A stretch of 64,000 nucleotides of DNA from positions 352,001-416,000 of the forward strand of contig CAVUPH010000014.1 in NCBI GenBank assembly GCA_963743305.1, in the 5' to 3' direction. Below the pieces are notes generated by a model. That model was not told where the DNA came from, did not search any database, and worked only from the letters and a program-made list of their open reading frames with translations. The DNA comes from an uncultured delta proteobacterium. GTDB taxonomy: Bacteria; Desulfobacterota; RBG-13-43-22. Position numbers and translations under genes: made by a program. Positions 1-10,686 of this stretch are shown here, piece after piece. The number at the start of each line of letters is the position of its first letter. Positions within the stretch are counted from its first letter, which is position 1.

Positions 1-1442
1 TGGGGGGAAACCAACCGTTTGACCAATTGCGGACGATACACCGCCCCCCCGTTGGCCACGGCGGCCGTCAGCACGGCCATCTGCAGGGGAGTGACCAAGT
101 CATAGCCTTGGCCGATGGAAATGGACAGGGTTTCCCCCGGCTGCCAGGGAGTTTTAAACCGATTTAACTTCCAAGCCGAGGAGGGGATCAATCCTTTTTT
201 TTCATGGGGCAGGGAAATTCCGGTGAGCTCCCCCAATCCGAAAAGCCGCGCATAATGGGCCAGACGGTCCACGCCCACCCGCTGGCCTACCTGATAAAAG
301 TAAACATCGCAGGATTGGACGATGGCTTTATGAAGCTCCACCTGACCGTGTCCCCCTTTCCGCCAACAGTGAAAGACCCGGTTGCCAAAAGGCAAAGCCC
401 CATTGCAGTAGAATGACGTCGTGGGGGTAATCACGCCCTCTTCCAAGGCAGCCAAGGCCGTCACAATTTTATAGGTGGAACCCGGGGGATACTGCCCCTG
501 GATGGCTCGATTTTGAAAAGGCTTTAAGGGATCATTGATCAGAGCGTTCCATTCCTTGCCCGAAAGGTGCCGGGAAAAGGTGGTCGGGTCAAAAGCCGGG
601 GTGCTGACCATCGCCAGCACCTCGCCGGTGGCAGGTTTGAGGGCCACTACGGCCCCTGTTTTCCCTTTGAGCGCCTCCTGGGCCACCTGCTGGAGCTTCC
701 AATCCAGGGTGGTGATCAGATTGTTCCCGGCCACCGATTCTTTATAGGAAAGAGGCCGGATTTCATCCCCCAGGGCGTCCACCTCTATATAGCGCCCCCC
801 CTTGACCCCGCCGAGTTCCGATTGCCACTGGTATTCCAGTCCCCATTGACCGATAAAATCCCCCATCCGTCGTTGGGGGAAAAGGCCGCTTTTTATCTGC
901 TTGGGGGTAATTTCACTGAGGTAGCCGATCAGATGAGGAGCTACCACCCCCAAGGGATAGTTGCGCTGAGGGCTGACCTCGATATAGATCCCCGGCAATA
1001 GATATTTATAGGTTTCGAGCAGTCCCAGTTCGTCCCGGCTGATATCCAATTTTATCGGTACCGGCTTCAATGGTCCGACCTTGCTATCGGAGTAGCGCTG
1101 CTCGATTTCCTCCGCATCCATTTTTAGCAGATGCCTCAAGCGGTTTTTAAGCACTCCCCAATCCTGGACATCATCCGGAATGACATAAAGGTTAAAGGAG
1201 GGCCGGGAACTGACCAGCATAATTCCATTACGATCAAAAATAATTCCCCTGGAGGGCGGCACGTCCAGGACCCGGATGCGATTATTTTCTGAAAGTTGCT
1301 TGAAATAAGTCCCCTTGGCAATCTGCAGGTACCAGATACGAACCACCAGGGCGAAAAACACAGCTAAGATGATCAAGGTAGCGATAAAAAATCGCTTCAA
1401 GACATCCAGGGGTTCATTGGTCAGGAGCTGAAAAATGGACAT
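1..1442 (-). CDS. mrdA: Penicillin-binding protein 2 (3' end runs off the window)
   Basis: Manual translation from ATG at 1442 gives MSIFQLL...VRIWYLQIAKG...NNRIRVLDVPPSRGIIFDRNG, the catalytic SxxK motif (YPPGSTYK) and SCDVYFY. It follows mreBCD. It is missing from the ORF track, presumably because it has no stop inside the window. Confidence 0.93.
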   Translation of the reverse strand, partial: MSIFQLLTNEPLDVLKRFFIATLIILAVFFALVVRIWYLQIAKGTYFKQLSENNRIRVLDVPPSRGIIFDRNGIMLVSSRPSFNLYVIPDDVQDWGVLKNRLRHLLKMDAEEIEQRYSDSKVGPLKPVPIKLDISRDELGLLETYKYLLPGIYIEVSPQRNYPLGVVAPHLIGYLSEITPKQIKSGLFPQRRMGDFIGQWGLEYQWQSELGGVKGGRYIEVDALGDEIRPLSYKESVAGNNLITTLDWKLQQVAQEALKGKTGAVVALKPATGEVLAMVSTPAFDPTTFSRHLSGKEWNALINDPLKPFQNRAIQGQYPPGSTYKIVTALAALEEGVITPTTSFYCNGALPFGNRVFHCWRKGGHGQVELHKAIVQSCDVYFYQVGQRVGVDRLAHYARLFGLGELTGISLPHEKKGLIPSSAWKLNRFKTPWQPGETLSISIGQGYDLVTPLQMAVLTAAVANGGAVYRPQLVKRLVSP

Positions 1443-1452
1443 AGCCGATTTA

Positions 1453-1947
1453 TTAATGGAGAGGCAGTCTCTTTTTCATCAGGTGCCGATGAAAGTAGAC
1501 CAGCGGCAACCCGATCAACATGGTAATCAGGCCCTGCACCAGTATGTAGAGCACCTGGATTTGGGAAAATTCAACACCGACATTTATTCTTAATAGGACC
1601 TGGACCAGGAAAACGTAAAAAACCTGGAGCACGAAAATGGAAACGAATTGTATCCACAGGGATTGCAACTGGGTGCGGGTCCAGATCAGGTGGCACAACA
1701 AAAAAATCAAAGGATAGAGGATCAAGGTCAATCCCAGCATGTCCCAGGAAAGGATGTCCACCAGCATGCCCAAAAAGGCGCTGATCAGGAGCCCCGAGCC
1801 GAACTGGCTTAACGTGCCCAGGAGTGTGACCAGGACGAAAACCAGGTCCAGCCGGAAAGGGTTGATTTCCTCCCCGTAAAACCAGGTGGATTGCAGGACC
1901 AGAAAGGCTATTCCAATCCCCAACCAGATAAAAAAATCCTTAATCAC
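1453..1947 (-). CDS. mreD: Rod shape-determining protein MreD
   Basis: Hydrophobic protein of ~165 aa (RLDLVFV...GMLVDILS) between mreC and mrdA. The GTG start at 1947 overlaps the end of mreC. Confidence 0.85.
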   Translation of the reverse strand: MIKDFFIWLGIGIAFLVLQSTWFYGEEINPFRLDLVFVLVTLLGTLSQFGSGLLISAFLGMLVDILSWDMLGLTLILYPLIFLLCHLIWTRTQLQSLWIQFVSIFVLQVFYVFLVQVLLRINVGVEFSQIQVLYILVQGLITMLIGLPLVYFHRHLMKKRLPLH

Positions 1948-2788
1948 TGGGGGAGTCGTCCTCCAGAGAAGCAAACCGGGGTTTTTTCTGGATGACCAGG
2001 ACCTCTTCGATCTGTCCCAGGTTGACTTGGGGACTGACCTCAACGAACAAAAAGTTGCCCTTGACTTGCGAAACCACCCTTTTTACCCTCCCCAGGGTGA
2101 TCCCTTTGGGAAACAATTCATCCAGCCCGGAGGTGATTATGGTGTCGCCGGTCTGGATATCGTCATTGCGGGAAACATATTTAAGCTGACAAAACCCGTC
2201 GGGATGACCGGTCCAAATCCCCCGGACACGGGATCGCTGGCTGAGGCAATCCACCGCAAAGCCCGGGTCGTTTAACAAAAGGACCTGCGCGTGGTGTTCC
2301 GAGGTTTTTTCCAGTCGGCCTACCAGACCGTCGACCTGAAGGACCGGCATCCCCCGGACCAATCCATCTTTTCGGCCCTTATTGATAAACAAGGCCTGCA
2401 GGAAGGGGCTGGGCCCCCTCCCCACCACTTCAGCGATCTGGGCGGGTCCGCCAATTTGCGTCTTTAGTTGAAACAGCTTGCGCAGGCGTAATTCCGACTG
2501 AATCTGTTCCCGCAATCGGCTGTTTTCGCTTCGAAGTTGGGCCAACTGCTTTTTAAGCTGTTCATTGTCGTCCTGGGTGTGCACTAAATAGAAATAATGA
2601 TCCCAACCCGAGAGGACCGATATCTTGAGGGTATTAAAAATAGAAAAAACGGGGAGGAGGCCGTCGACGATGGAGCTTTCTACCCGATTATAGTCTCGCT
2701 GACGATGGGTCAGGGTAGAAAATAAAGCCAGCAGTACCAGGAGGCCGAGCCAGACGAGCAGCACATTGCGCAATTTTTTAATAAACAC
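1940..2788 (-). CDS. mreC: Rod shape-determining protein MreC
   Basis: N-terminal TM segment, coiled coil, INKGRKDG...GLVGR and TSGLDELFPKGITLG motifs; directly downstream of mreB. Confidence 0.95.
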   Translation of the reverse strand: MFIKKLRNVLLVWLGLLVLLALFSTLTHRQRDYNRVESSIVDGLLPVFSIFNTLKISVLSGWDHYFYLVHTQDDNEQLKKQLAQLRSENSRLREQIQSELRLRKLFQLKTQIGGPAQIAEVVGRGPSPFLQALFINKGRKDGLVRGMPVLQVDGLVGRLEKTSEHHAQVLLLNDPGFAVDCLSQRSRVRGIWTGHPDGFCQLKYVSRNDDIQTGDTIITSGLDELFPKGITLGRVKRVVSQVKGNFLFVEVSPQVNLGQIEEVLVIQKKPRFASLEDDSPSD

Positions 2789-2823
2789 GCCACGTTTCCG
2801 GGATCAAGGAGGATGAGGTTGCT

Positions 2824-3864
<1,041 letters not shown>

Positions 3865-4129
3865 TTAAAACGTTCAAAACCGGGCCTTTGTCGGGCCAAT
3901 CGGCTGCTTTTACCATAAATAATAAATCTATCAAACTAATCTATCTAATACAAGGTTTATTTGGATTTTCACTTTCCAGGGAAGCGGTTCGGTGGGTATT
4001 CTCCTGCAAATCAATCGGACCAACAAAATTCTTCCCTAGTCGCCATTCTCCCAAGTTCGTCTTTTTCTTTATTCCCAGTATGGTATAGTAGGAAGGGTTA
4101 TACGGTTACCGGCCAAAAGGAGTGCACTG

Positions 4130-4870
4130 ATGAAGCGTCTCAACTGGCAATTATTTCTGGTCATCTTTCTTCTCGGCCTTTCGGCCTGCTTTTACCTGTT
4201 GCAGATCGAACTCTTTCATCGACTGGAAGATACGGCCTTTTACTTCTTTCAAGACCTGGCCTTTGTTCCGATCCAGGTGCTGTTGGTCACCCTGATTATC
4301 AACCAGGTGCTGGCCGCTCGGGAAAGAAAGTCCACCCTGAAAAAACTGAATATGATCATCGGGGTCTTTTACTACGAAATCGGGACACCGTTGCTAAAAT
4401 TCTTTTATCGACTGGAACCCCGAGCCGAGGAGATCAAAGAAAATCTCTGGGTGCAGGAACACTGGTCCAAGAAGCAATTTGCCCGGTCCAGTAAACTTTT
4501 TAAAAGGTTTAAATACCGGGTGGAAATCCGGTTGGACTTGCTCGAAGAAATGCGGGTTTTTTTGATGGCCAAGCGGGAAATGATGCTCCGTCTGCTGGAG
4601 AACCCCAATCTGCTGGAACATGACGCCTTCACCGATATGATGCTGGCGGTCTTTCATCTTCATGACGAACTGGCCAGCCGTGAGGCCTTTGGCGAGCTGC
4701 CGGAAAACGACCTGGCCCATCTGTCCGGGGACATCAAGCGGGCCATGCAGTGGGTGGTTTCGGAATGGCTGCTTTACTTAAGGCATCTCCAGGAAAACTA
4801 TCCGTACCTTTATTCCCTCGAGGTGAGGAAAAACCCCTTTGACCCTGAAGCCTCCGCCATCGTAAAATAA
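4130..4870 (+). CDS. Hypothetical membrane protein (two N-terminal TM helices plus a helical soluble domain)
   Basis: 246-aa ORF with an AAGGAG RBS, a hydrophobic N-terminus and an LLENPNLLEHD-type motif. Confidence 0.75.
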   Translation: MKRLNWQLFLVIFLLGLSACFYLLQIELFHRLEDTAFYFFQDLAFVPIQVLLVTLIINQVLAARERKSTLKKLNMIIGVFYYEIGTPLLKFFYRLEPRAEEIKENLWVQEHWSKKQFARSSKLFKRFKYRVEIRLDLLEEMRVFLMAKREMMLRLLENPNLLEHDAFTDMMLAVFHLHDELASREAFGELPENDLAHLSGDIKRAMQWVVSEWLLYLRHLQENYPYLYSLEVRKNPFDPEASAIVK

Positions 4871-4887
4871 GTAAGAAGAAATATAAC

Positions 4888-7158
4888 ATGCCTCCCACGG
4901 CTATGAAAAGAGAAATCAGTTGCCAAAACTTTCGCGGCCTGTTGGTCTACCTAGGCAAACATTACGGGGAAGCGGCGATCCAAAAAGTCACCGAGGGACT
5001 GGTGAACAATGACCACTACTTGCTGGCCGACCAAAAAGATCCGTCACGGCTCACGCAGGTTCAAGAACGACACTTGATGGATTCGTCCTACTGGGTCTCC
5101 AATGAATTTTCCCTCCGCTTGCTCGCTAGTGTTAAAAAGGTGGTTCCCGGACCCGACCCCCTGTTTACCGCCGGGGAAGGGGCGACCCTGGAAAACTTTT
5201 CCCGAAATACCCTATTTGTCGCCAGGGTCGTCGGGCCCAAAGTCCTGGCCAGACAGGCCCCGCGGTTAAACGCCCTGTTTAACAAAACCAAAACCGTTGA
5301 ACTCCCGGCTTTAAGCGACCATTCTGCTACGTTCCGGCTTACCTATCTTCCCGACGTTCGGGTGACAGAAGATGTTTGTCATTGGAATCGCGGCATCTAT
5401 TCCGGGATTACCCGCTCGACCGGGGCGAAAGACGTAGAAGTCCGGGAAACGACCTGTGTCCTGGCCGGGGATCCCTATTGTACCCTTCAGGTTACCTGGA
5501 AAAGGGTTGGCCTAGCTAAGCAACTCTTTCGCCAGTTGATGAAAGCCGGATTATCCGATCTGATCGCCGATTATGGAAAGGCTCTGCAGGATCGCGATCA
5601 ACTGATCGAGGAGCTCTCCCGCTCCGAACAGAGGTATCGGTCTTTAACCGACCATTCCCTGACCGGGATTTTCATTGCTCAAGATCAGGGCTTTATTTAC
5701 GTTAATGACGGTCTGGCGAAAATACTCGGTTTTTCCTCGGATGAATTGATCGGAAAATCCTTCGCCGACCTGGTACTCTCCGATTATACCGAGGCGGTTC
5801 AATCCCTCGATAGTTCCGCGAGTGGAGGTGAACAAGCGGCTCAACGCGGTGAACTTCAAGTACGACGAAAAGACGGCTCCTTCGTCTGGCTGGAAATCCT
5901 GTCCTCCACCATCCCTTTTAGGGATTCCCAGGCCCGTATGGGAAATGTGATTGATATCAGTGCCCGTAAAACGGCAGAAGAAGAGAAAAGGAGCTTGGAG
6001 GAGCGGCTTTTACGATCCCAAAAAATGGAGGCCCTGGGTCTATTGGCTGGAGGAGTAGCCCACGATCTCAACAACATCCTCTCCGGAATCGTCACCTATC
6101 CCGAATTACTCCTTTTGGACCTGCCTGAAGAAAGCCCCTTACGTCAACCCCTGATCACCATCCAGGATTCCGGGCTAAAGGCGGTGACCATCATCCAAGA
6201 CCTGTTGACTTTGGCCCGGCGGGGCGTTACCCAGACACAAGTGACCAACCTGAATGATCTGATCTCGACCTACCTCCGCTCACCGGAACATGAAAAAATA
6301 ATGAGCTTTCATCCCGGCATCCGGATCAAGACCTCCCTGGAAGCCGATCTGCCCAATATTTCCGGATCACCGACCCATTTAGTAAAAACCGTCATGAATC
6401 TGGTCTCCAACGCCGCCGAGGCCCAACCCGGGGAGGGAGAGATCTTGATCTCAACCGAGAGCTGCTACCTGGACAGCCCTTTTAAGGGCTATCAGACAGT
6501 CCCCGAGGGAGAATATGCCCTTTTAAAAATTCAGGACAGGGGAATCGGCATTGCTCCCGAGGATCTCCAGCGCATTTTTGAGCCCTTTTATACCAAAAAA
6601 GTCATGGGCCGGAGCGGGACCGGTTTAGGAATGGCCGTGGTTTGGGGCACGGTCCAAGATCATCGGGGCTACCTTCAAGTGACCAGCGAAATAGGTCGGG
6701 GAAGTGCCTTTGCCCTCTATTTCCCCATTACCCGTCAGGCCAGGGGCCCGGAGATTGAAAGCCTCCCCTTAGAGGCCTATTTGGGGCACCAGGAAAAAGT
6801 CCTGGTGATTGATGATCTCCTCGAACAGCGAGAAATCGCTCAGAAGATATTAATCCGGCTGGGCTACCAGGTCTTTTCCGTAGCCAGCGGCGAAGAAGCC
6901 GTTGAATTCCTAAAGAACACCCCCGTGGATGTTTTATTGCTGGATATGATCATGGATCCTGGAATCGATGGCCTGGAAACCTATCAAAGAATCCTGAAAA
7001 TCCATCCCCGGCAAAAGGCCGTTATCTCCAGCGGGTTTTCAGAAACCGACCGTGTCTTGGAGGCCCAATGCCTAGGGGCCAGGGGTTACCTGAAAAAACC
7101 CTACACCCTGGAAAAATTGGGACTGGCCCTCCGAGAAGAACTGCATCGCTTAGAATAA
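4888..7158 (+). CDS. Cytoplasmic hybrid sensor histidine kinase/response regulator (V4R-like, PAS, HisKA, HATPase, REC)
   Basis: H-box AHDLNNIL, N-box NLVSNA, DRGIG, FEPFYT, GTGLGM; receiver VIDD...LLDMIM; N-terminal C...ETTC-x7-C V4R pattern. Confidence 0.9.
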   Translation: MPPTAMKREISCQNFRGLLVYLGKHYGEAAIQKVTEGLVNNDHYLLADQKDPSRLTQVQERHLMDSSYWVSNEFSLRLLASVKKVVPGPDPLFTAGEGATLENFSRNTLFVARVVGPKVLARQAPRLNALFNKTKTVELPALSDHSATFRLTYLPDVRVTEDVCHWNRGIYSGITRSTGAKDVEVRETTCVLAGDPYCTLQVTWKRVGLAKQLFRQLMKAGLSDLIADYGKALQDRDQLIEELSRSEQRYRSLTDHSLTGIFIAQDQGFIYVNDGLAKILGFSSDELIGKSFADLVLSDYTEAVQSLDSSASGGEQAAQRGELQVRRKDGSFVWLEILSSTIPFRDSQARMGNVIDISARKTAEEEKRSLEERLLRSQKMEALGLLAGGVAHDLNNILSGIVTYPELLLLDLPEESPLRQPLITIQDSGLKAVTIIQDLLTLARRGVTQTQVTNLNDLISTYLRSPEHEKIMSFHPGIRIKTSLEADLPNISGSPTHLVKTVMNLVSNAAEAQPGEGEILISTESCYLDSPFKGYQTVPEGEYALLKIQDRGIGIAPEDLQRIFEPFYTKKVMGRSGTGLGMAVVWGTVQDHRGYLQVTSEIGRGSAFALYFPITRQARGPEIESLPLEAYLGHQEKVLVIDDLLEQREIAQKILIRLGYQVFSVASGEEAVEFLKNTPVDVLLLDMIMDPGIDGLETYQRILKIHPRQKAVISSGFSETDRVLEAQCLGARGYLKKPYTLEKLGLALREELHRLE

Positions 7159-7256
7159 CCTTGATAATAATGCGCTAATTCAACAGATTATCCGCGATTT
7201 TTGCGGAAAGGCCGGTTCGTCCCAGGAAAGGAGGGGAGACTGGATCGGCCGGGAAT

Positions 7257-7583
7257 CTATCGACAGAGTAAAGATTTAATAATCGCCTTTTGTTCCTCAG
7301 CCGACACTTCGGCTACCTCTTCGGCCGCCTTTCGGCCGTCTTGGAAGAGACAGAGGGTCGGATACCGTTCCACCTTGAGATCCATCTTGGAAAGCGGATT
7401 TTTATCCACATCCATCTTCAGGAAACAGACCTGCGTATATTCCGGCAAACAGGAAATAGTTTCTAAAAGGGGCAGGATCCGCTGACAATCCCCACACCAG
7501 GGCGCATAGGCCAATAAGAGTACCGGCCCTTCCTTTCCTAGAACTTCTTTTTTGTAATCGTCATCCTTAATTTCACTGATCAT
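7257..7583 (-). CDS. Thioredoxin family protein
   Basis: YAPWCGDC active site and YPTL cis-Pro loop; AAGGAG RBS before ATG at 7583. Confidence 0.85.
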   Translation of the reverse strand: MISEIKDDDYKKEVLGKEGPVLLLAYAPWCGDCQRILPLLETISCLPEYTQVCFLKMDVDKNPLSKMDLKVERYPTLCLFQDGRKAAEEVAEVSAEEQKAIIKSLLCR

Positions 7584-7599
7584 GGAATACGCTCCTTTC

Positions 7600-8367
7600 C
7601 TAAGTATCAAAGCCCGGTCGAATGAAGTCCCTGGCCAGGGGAAATTCTTTCTCGACCATTTCTCTCAAGCGAGTAAGCTGATTTACGATTTTTCTCATTG
7701 CCACTCCCGGCCCTTCCCACTGGGCGGCCAATTCTCCCCAGGCGCTCAAGGACCGATCCATCCCGATCAAGGCTATTTTGGCCGATCCATTGGAATCCTT
7801 CGGAAAATCATCCGCTTCCGTCTCCATTTCTTCCGCCTTGCTTAGCAAGGCCCGGCTCAGTTTTGGAGGCAGAAAAACCTGATACCAGAGAATAACCTCC
7901 ACGGCCTCTTTTCGGGAAATCGGAGGTTCCTGGGGATTCGAGGCCGCTCCGACTACATGAAGATGATTAGGGGAGGGCGTAGGTTCCGGTTCAAGCCAGT
8001 CGCCGTTGTTTTTCACCCACTCGTCGACCAAAAGCGCATATCGTTGGGCCATCGTCGGCAGCAGGTGAACCACCCGGGGTTTATCTGCCTCCGGTTCATC
8101 CACCACCGCCTCCAAATCGATCCCTTCTTCTTCCGCCAGGTCCTGCAACAGACTGAAGGCCATCTCCAGGGATTCCGAAATTTTTTTCCAGAACCGATCA
8201 TTGGCCAGATCCAGGTCTTCGGCCCGGGTCCCCGAATCCTCTTCCATCGCAAAAGTCAAACAGCGCGCGGTCAACGGACAGCGTTCGCACCAGCGGTCAC
8301 AATAATTATATATTCCCGGTATATGCCGGGGATTTTTTGCCCGTCTCAAGAGCTCTTCTTTATCCAC
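7600..8367 (-). CDS. Hypothetical protein with an N-terminal Cys cluster
   Basis: YNYCDRWCERCPLTARC motif; 255 aa; tightly packed in an operon with the DUF362 gene and thioredoxin. Confidence 0.75.
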   Translation of the reverse strand: MDKEELLRRAKNPRHIPGIYNYCDRWCERCPLTARCLTFAMEEDSGTRAEDLDLANDRFWKKISESLEMAFSLLQDLAEEEGIDLEAVVDEPEADKPRVVHLLPTMAQRYALLVDEWVKNNGDWLEPEPTPSPNHLHVVGAASNPQEPPISRKEAVEVILWYQVFLPPKLSRALLSKAEEMETEADDFPKDSNGSAKIALIGMDRSLSAWGELAAQWEGPGVAMRKIVNQLTRLREMVEKEFPLARDFIRPGFDT

Positions 8368-8380
8368 TGGGTGCTGTTCC

Positions 8381-9448
8381 TTACCGGAGAACCATGGCCT
8401 TTTCCGGGCAGATTTCCTGGCAGCAAAAGCAGGTAATACAGGTCTCCTCCTTCACCCGGGGAAGGTCATCCTCCATGCTCAGCGCGGATACCGGGCACTG
8501 TTCCAGGCAGGTGCCGCAGCCGGAACACAGCTCGGGGTCGGCCTGGGGGCGCAGGAGGGTTTTTCCGTGGATGAAGGCCTGGATGGTTTGGTTGCCGCTG
8601 ATCGCTTCGCCCCCCAAAGGAGGAAGCCGGAAATCGGGCAGCCGCTCCAGCTTTCCCACGATTTGGATCCCCTCCAGGTCATAGTCCCCCAGGCCCATTT
8701 CCCGGGCCTTCTGCAGGAACCGCAAGCGGCCCGGGTCACAACCGACCATGAAGGCCATCACCGAGTCCAGTGCCACGGCGTTGTCGGAAGCCAGGATCAG
8801 ACCGATCTCCTTGAGATCCGGGGAGGCCGGCCCGTTACCCTCCATGCCTACTACGGCATCCAGGATAAAAAGATCGGGCACCCGCAACCGGAACACTTCG
8901 ACCACTGCCTCATGGAACCTGGCGGGGCTCCCCGCCGCCTGGTGAAGCTTGGCCTTTTGAGCGCCGGGCAAAATGCCGTAGCTGTTCTTGATGGCCCCGG
9001 TGATGACGGTCAGTCCGTGGGTCTTGAATTTCGGCAGGCTGATGAAGACGTCGGCCTCCAGGACCATCCGGGAAACGCTCACGGCAGGCAAAAAATCGGG
9101 ATTGAAGGCCACCGCGCAGGCATCTTCACCGATATTGCGGTAGTAGCCTTTCGCGGCCTCCAGCAAACCGGATTTTTTGAAACTTTCTTCATTGGCCCCG
9201 TAGCTGAAAAGGCCGGGATTGTCCCCCACCACGATGGAGGCCGGGGCCAGGGTTTCCAATTTTTCCACCACGGCCCGCAGCACGGCGGGATGGGTCACTA
9301 TCCCCTCCCCGGCCTCGGAGGCCCGCAGCACATTGGGTTTGACCAGCACCTTCTTCCCGGCCAGATTCAGGGGAAAAAGTGCAAAGGCCCGGTCTACGGC
9401 CAGGCGGACGTTCTCGTAAGTGGCGGGCTGGATCATCACCTGGGACAT
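8381..9448 (-). CDS. DUF362 domain protein with a C-terminal 2x[4Fe-4S] ferredoxin
   Basis: VKPN, VTHP, LPKFKTH, KNSYG and MEGNGP motifs, plus CSGCGTC..CP and CITCFCC..CP; AGGAGG RBS. Confidence 0.88.
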   Translation of the reverse strand: MSQVMIQPATYENVRLAVDRAFALFPLNLAGKKVLVKPNVLRASEAGEGIVTHPAVLRAVVEKLETLAPASIVVGDNPGLFSYGANEESFKKSGLLEAAKGYYRNIGEDACAVAFNPDFLPAVSVSRMVLEADVFISLPKFKTHGLTVITGAIKNSYGILPGAQKAKLHQAAGSPARFHEAVVEVFRLRVPDLFILDAVVGMEGNGPASPDLKEIGLILASDNAVALDSVMAFMVGCDPGRLRFLQKAREMGLGDYDLEGIQIVGKLERLPDFRLPPLGGEAISGNQTIQAFIHGKTLLRPQADPELCSGCGTCLEQCPVSALSMEDDLPRVKEETCITCFCCQEICPEKAMVLR

Positions 9449-9672
9449 GTTTAGTCCTCCTTTTCCCAAAGATCCCCTTTTAGCGGATAACCTATACTAC
9501 TATCTTTTCGGGATAAAAGAAAGTGGCGCTTCGCCCTTTTGGATGGGTGCCCCCCAGATCCGGTATGGCCGTGGGGTCTCGGCGAAAGGGTTTTCCATGT
9601 TGCTTTATAGGTTCTAACCCGGCCCTTTTACTTTCAAATTTTCCAGGTGGAAGGGCCAGCCAAGAGAGCATC

Positions 9673-9720
9673 AAAAAAACAAAGGCCGCTTTTTTATTGG
9701 AAAAGCGGCCTTTGTTTTTT
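9673..9720. terminator. Intrinsic (bidirectional-type) terminator after acsE
   Basis: AAAAAACAAAGGCCGCTTTT-loop-AAAAGCGGCCTTTGTTTTTT, a long inverted repeat with A and T tails. Confidence 0.85.
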
Positions 9721-9741
9721 AATTGTAAAGGTGAATGGTTA

Positions 9742-10620
9742 CTAAATTTCCAGCCAGGAATCCGAATACAAGGTATGGCCCAGGATGACCTTGGCCGTTT
9801 TAGCATAGTCCTGCATTTCTTTGGACAGACCGCCCAGATCAAGGGCTTCGCCGTCCATGACCTTGTGGACGATCTCCACGATGTCCGGACGGTTTCCGCG
9901 GGCGATGTCCATGATCTTATCGTCAAAGGCATCAATAATACAGGAATACATCCCGTGGCGTTCCAGCATGATCATGTAGGTCTGGTTGAGAATGGGCCGC
10001 AGGTGATCCGGAGGCCCATTGGAGACGTTGGACAGACCGCAGGTGGACTTGGCCCCCGGAGCGATATCCTGGACCATGCTCATGAAGGTCAGCGTGCTCA
10101 TGAGCTGCTGTTGCTGAATGTTGACCGGGGTAATGATCGGGTCAACGAAAATATTTTCATTGGGAATCCCCGCCTCGTTGGCCGCGTAAAGCAGTTCGGC
10201 GGCCAATGATCCCCGCTCGTTCTCGTCCCGGGGCAATCCATCCGGCCCCCAGAGCAAGGCGATCATCATAGCCTCATACTGTTTACAGATGGGCAGCATG
10301 ACCGTGTAACGCTCCGGGCGGGCCATAATGGAATTGATGATGGCCTGACCTTTATGGACCTTCAGTCCAGCTTCAATGGCCGCGATGTTAGAAGTGTCCA
10401 GGGCCAGAGGGATGTCGGTCACCTCCTGAACGGTCTTGACCACCCAAGACATCAGTTCCTCGCCGCCTTTGCGGGCTGGGCCCAGGTTGATATCGATAAA
10501 ATCCACCTTGGCGGCGGCCAACTTTTCCGCCATTCCCCGGATAGGAGCGGGATCCATTTCTTTAAAGGCCCGACCGATGCCTTTATTAATCACGTTTAAA
10601 TTTTCACCGATGGTATACAT
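9742..10620 (-). CDS. acsE: Methyltetrahydrofolate:corrinoid/Fe-S protein methyltransferase
   Basis: Pterin-binding TIM barrel (IGENLN, DINLG, LDTSN, INSI, GLSNVSNG) at the end of the acs cluster. Confidence 0.9.
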   Translation of the reverse strand: MYTIGENLNVINKGIGRAFKEMDPAPIRGMAEKLAAAKVDFIDINLGPARKGGEELMSWVVKTVQEVTDIPLALDTSNIAAIEAGLKVHKGQAIINSIMARPERYTVMLPICKQYEAMMIALLWGPDGLPRDENERGSLAAELLYAANEAGIPNENIFVDPIITPVNIQQQQLMSTLTFMSMVQDIAPGAKSTCGLSNVSNGPPDHLRPILNQTYMIMLERHGMYSCIIDAFDDKIMDIARGNRPDIVEIVHKVMDGEALDLGGLSKEMQDYAKTAKVILGHTLYSDSWLEI

Positions 10621-10686
10621 GGTTCTCTCCTTTTAAGCGTAGTGACCAGTAACAAACGTTAGCCTGAGGATCCTTTACCTCACGAC

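Noticed and set aside
7402-7410. Perfect DnaA box TTATCCACA
   Set aside because: It is isolated and lies inside the thioredoxin coding sequence, so it is compatible with chance.
9500-9660. Riboswitch in the DUF362 gene leader
   Set aside because: Only short GC-rich stems (TTCGCC/GGCGAA) and no recognisable consensus.
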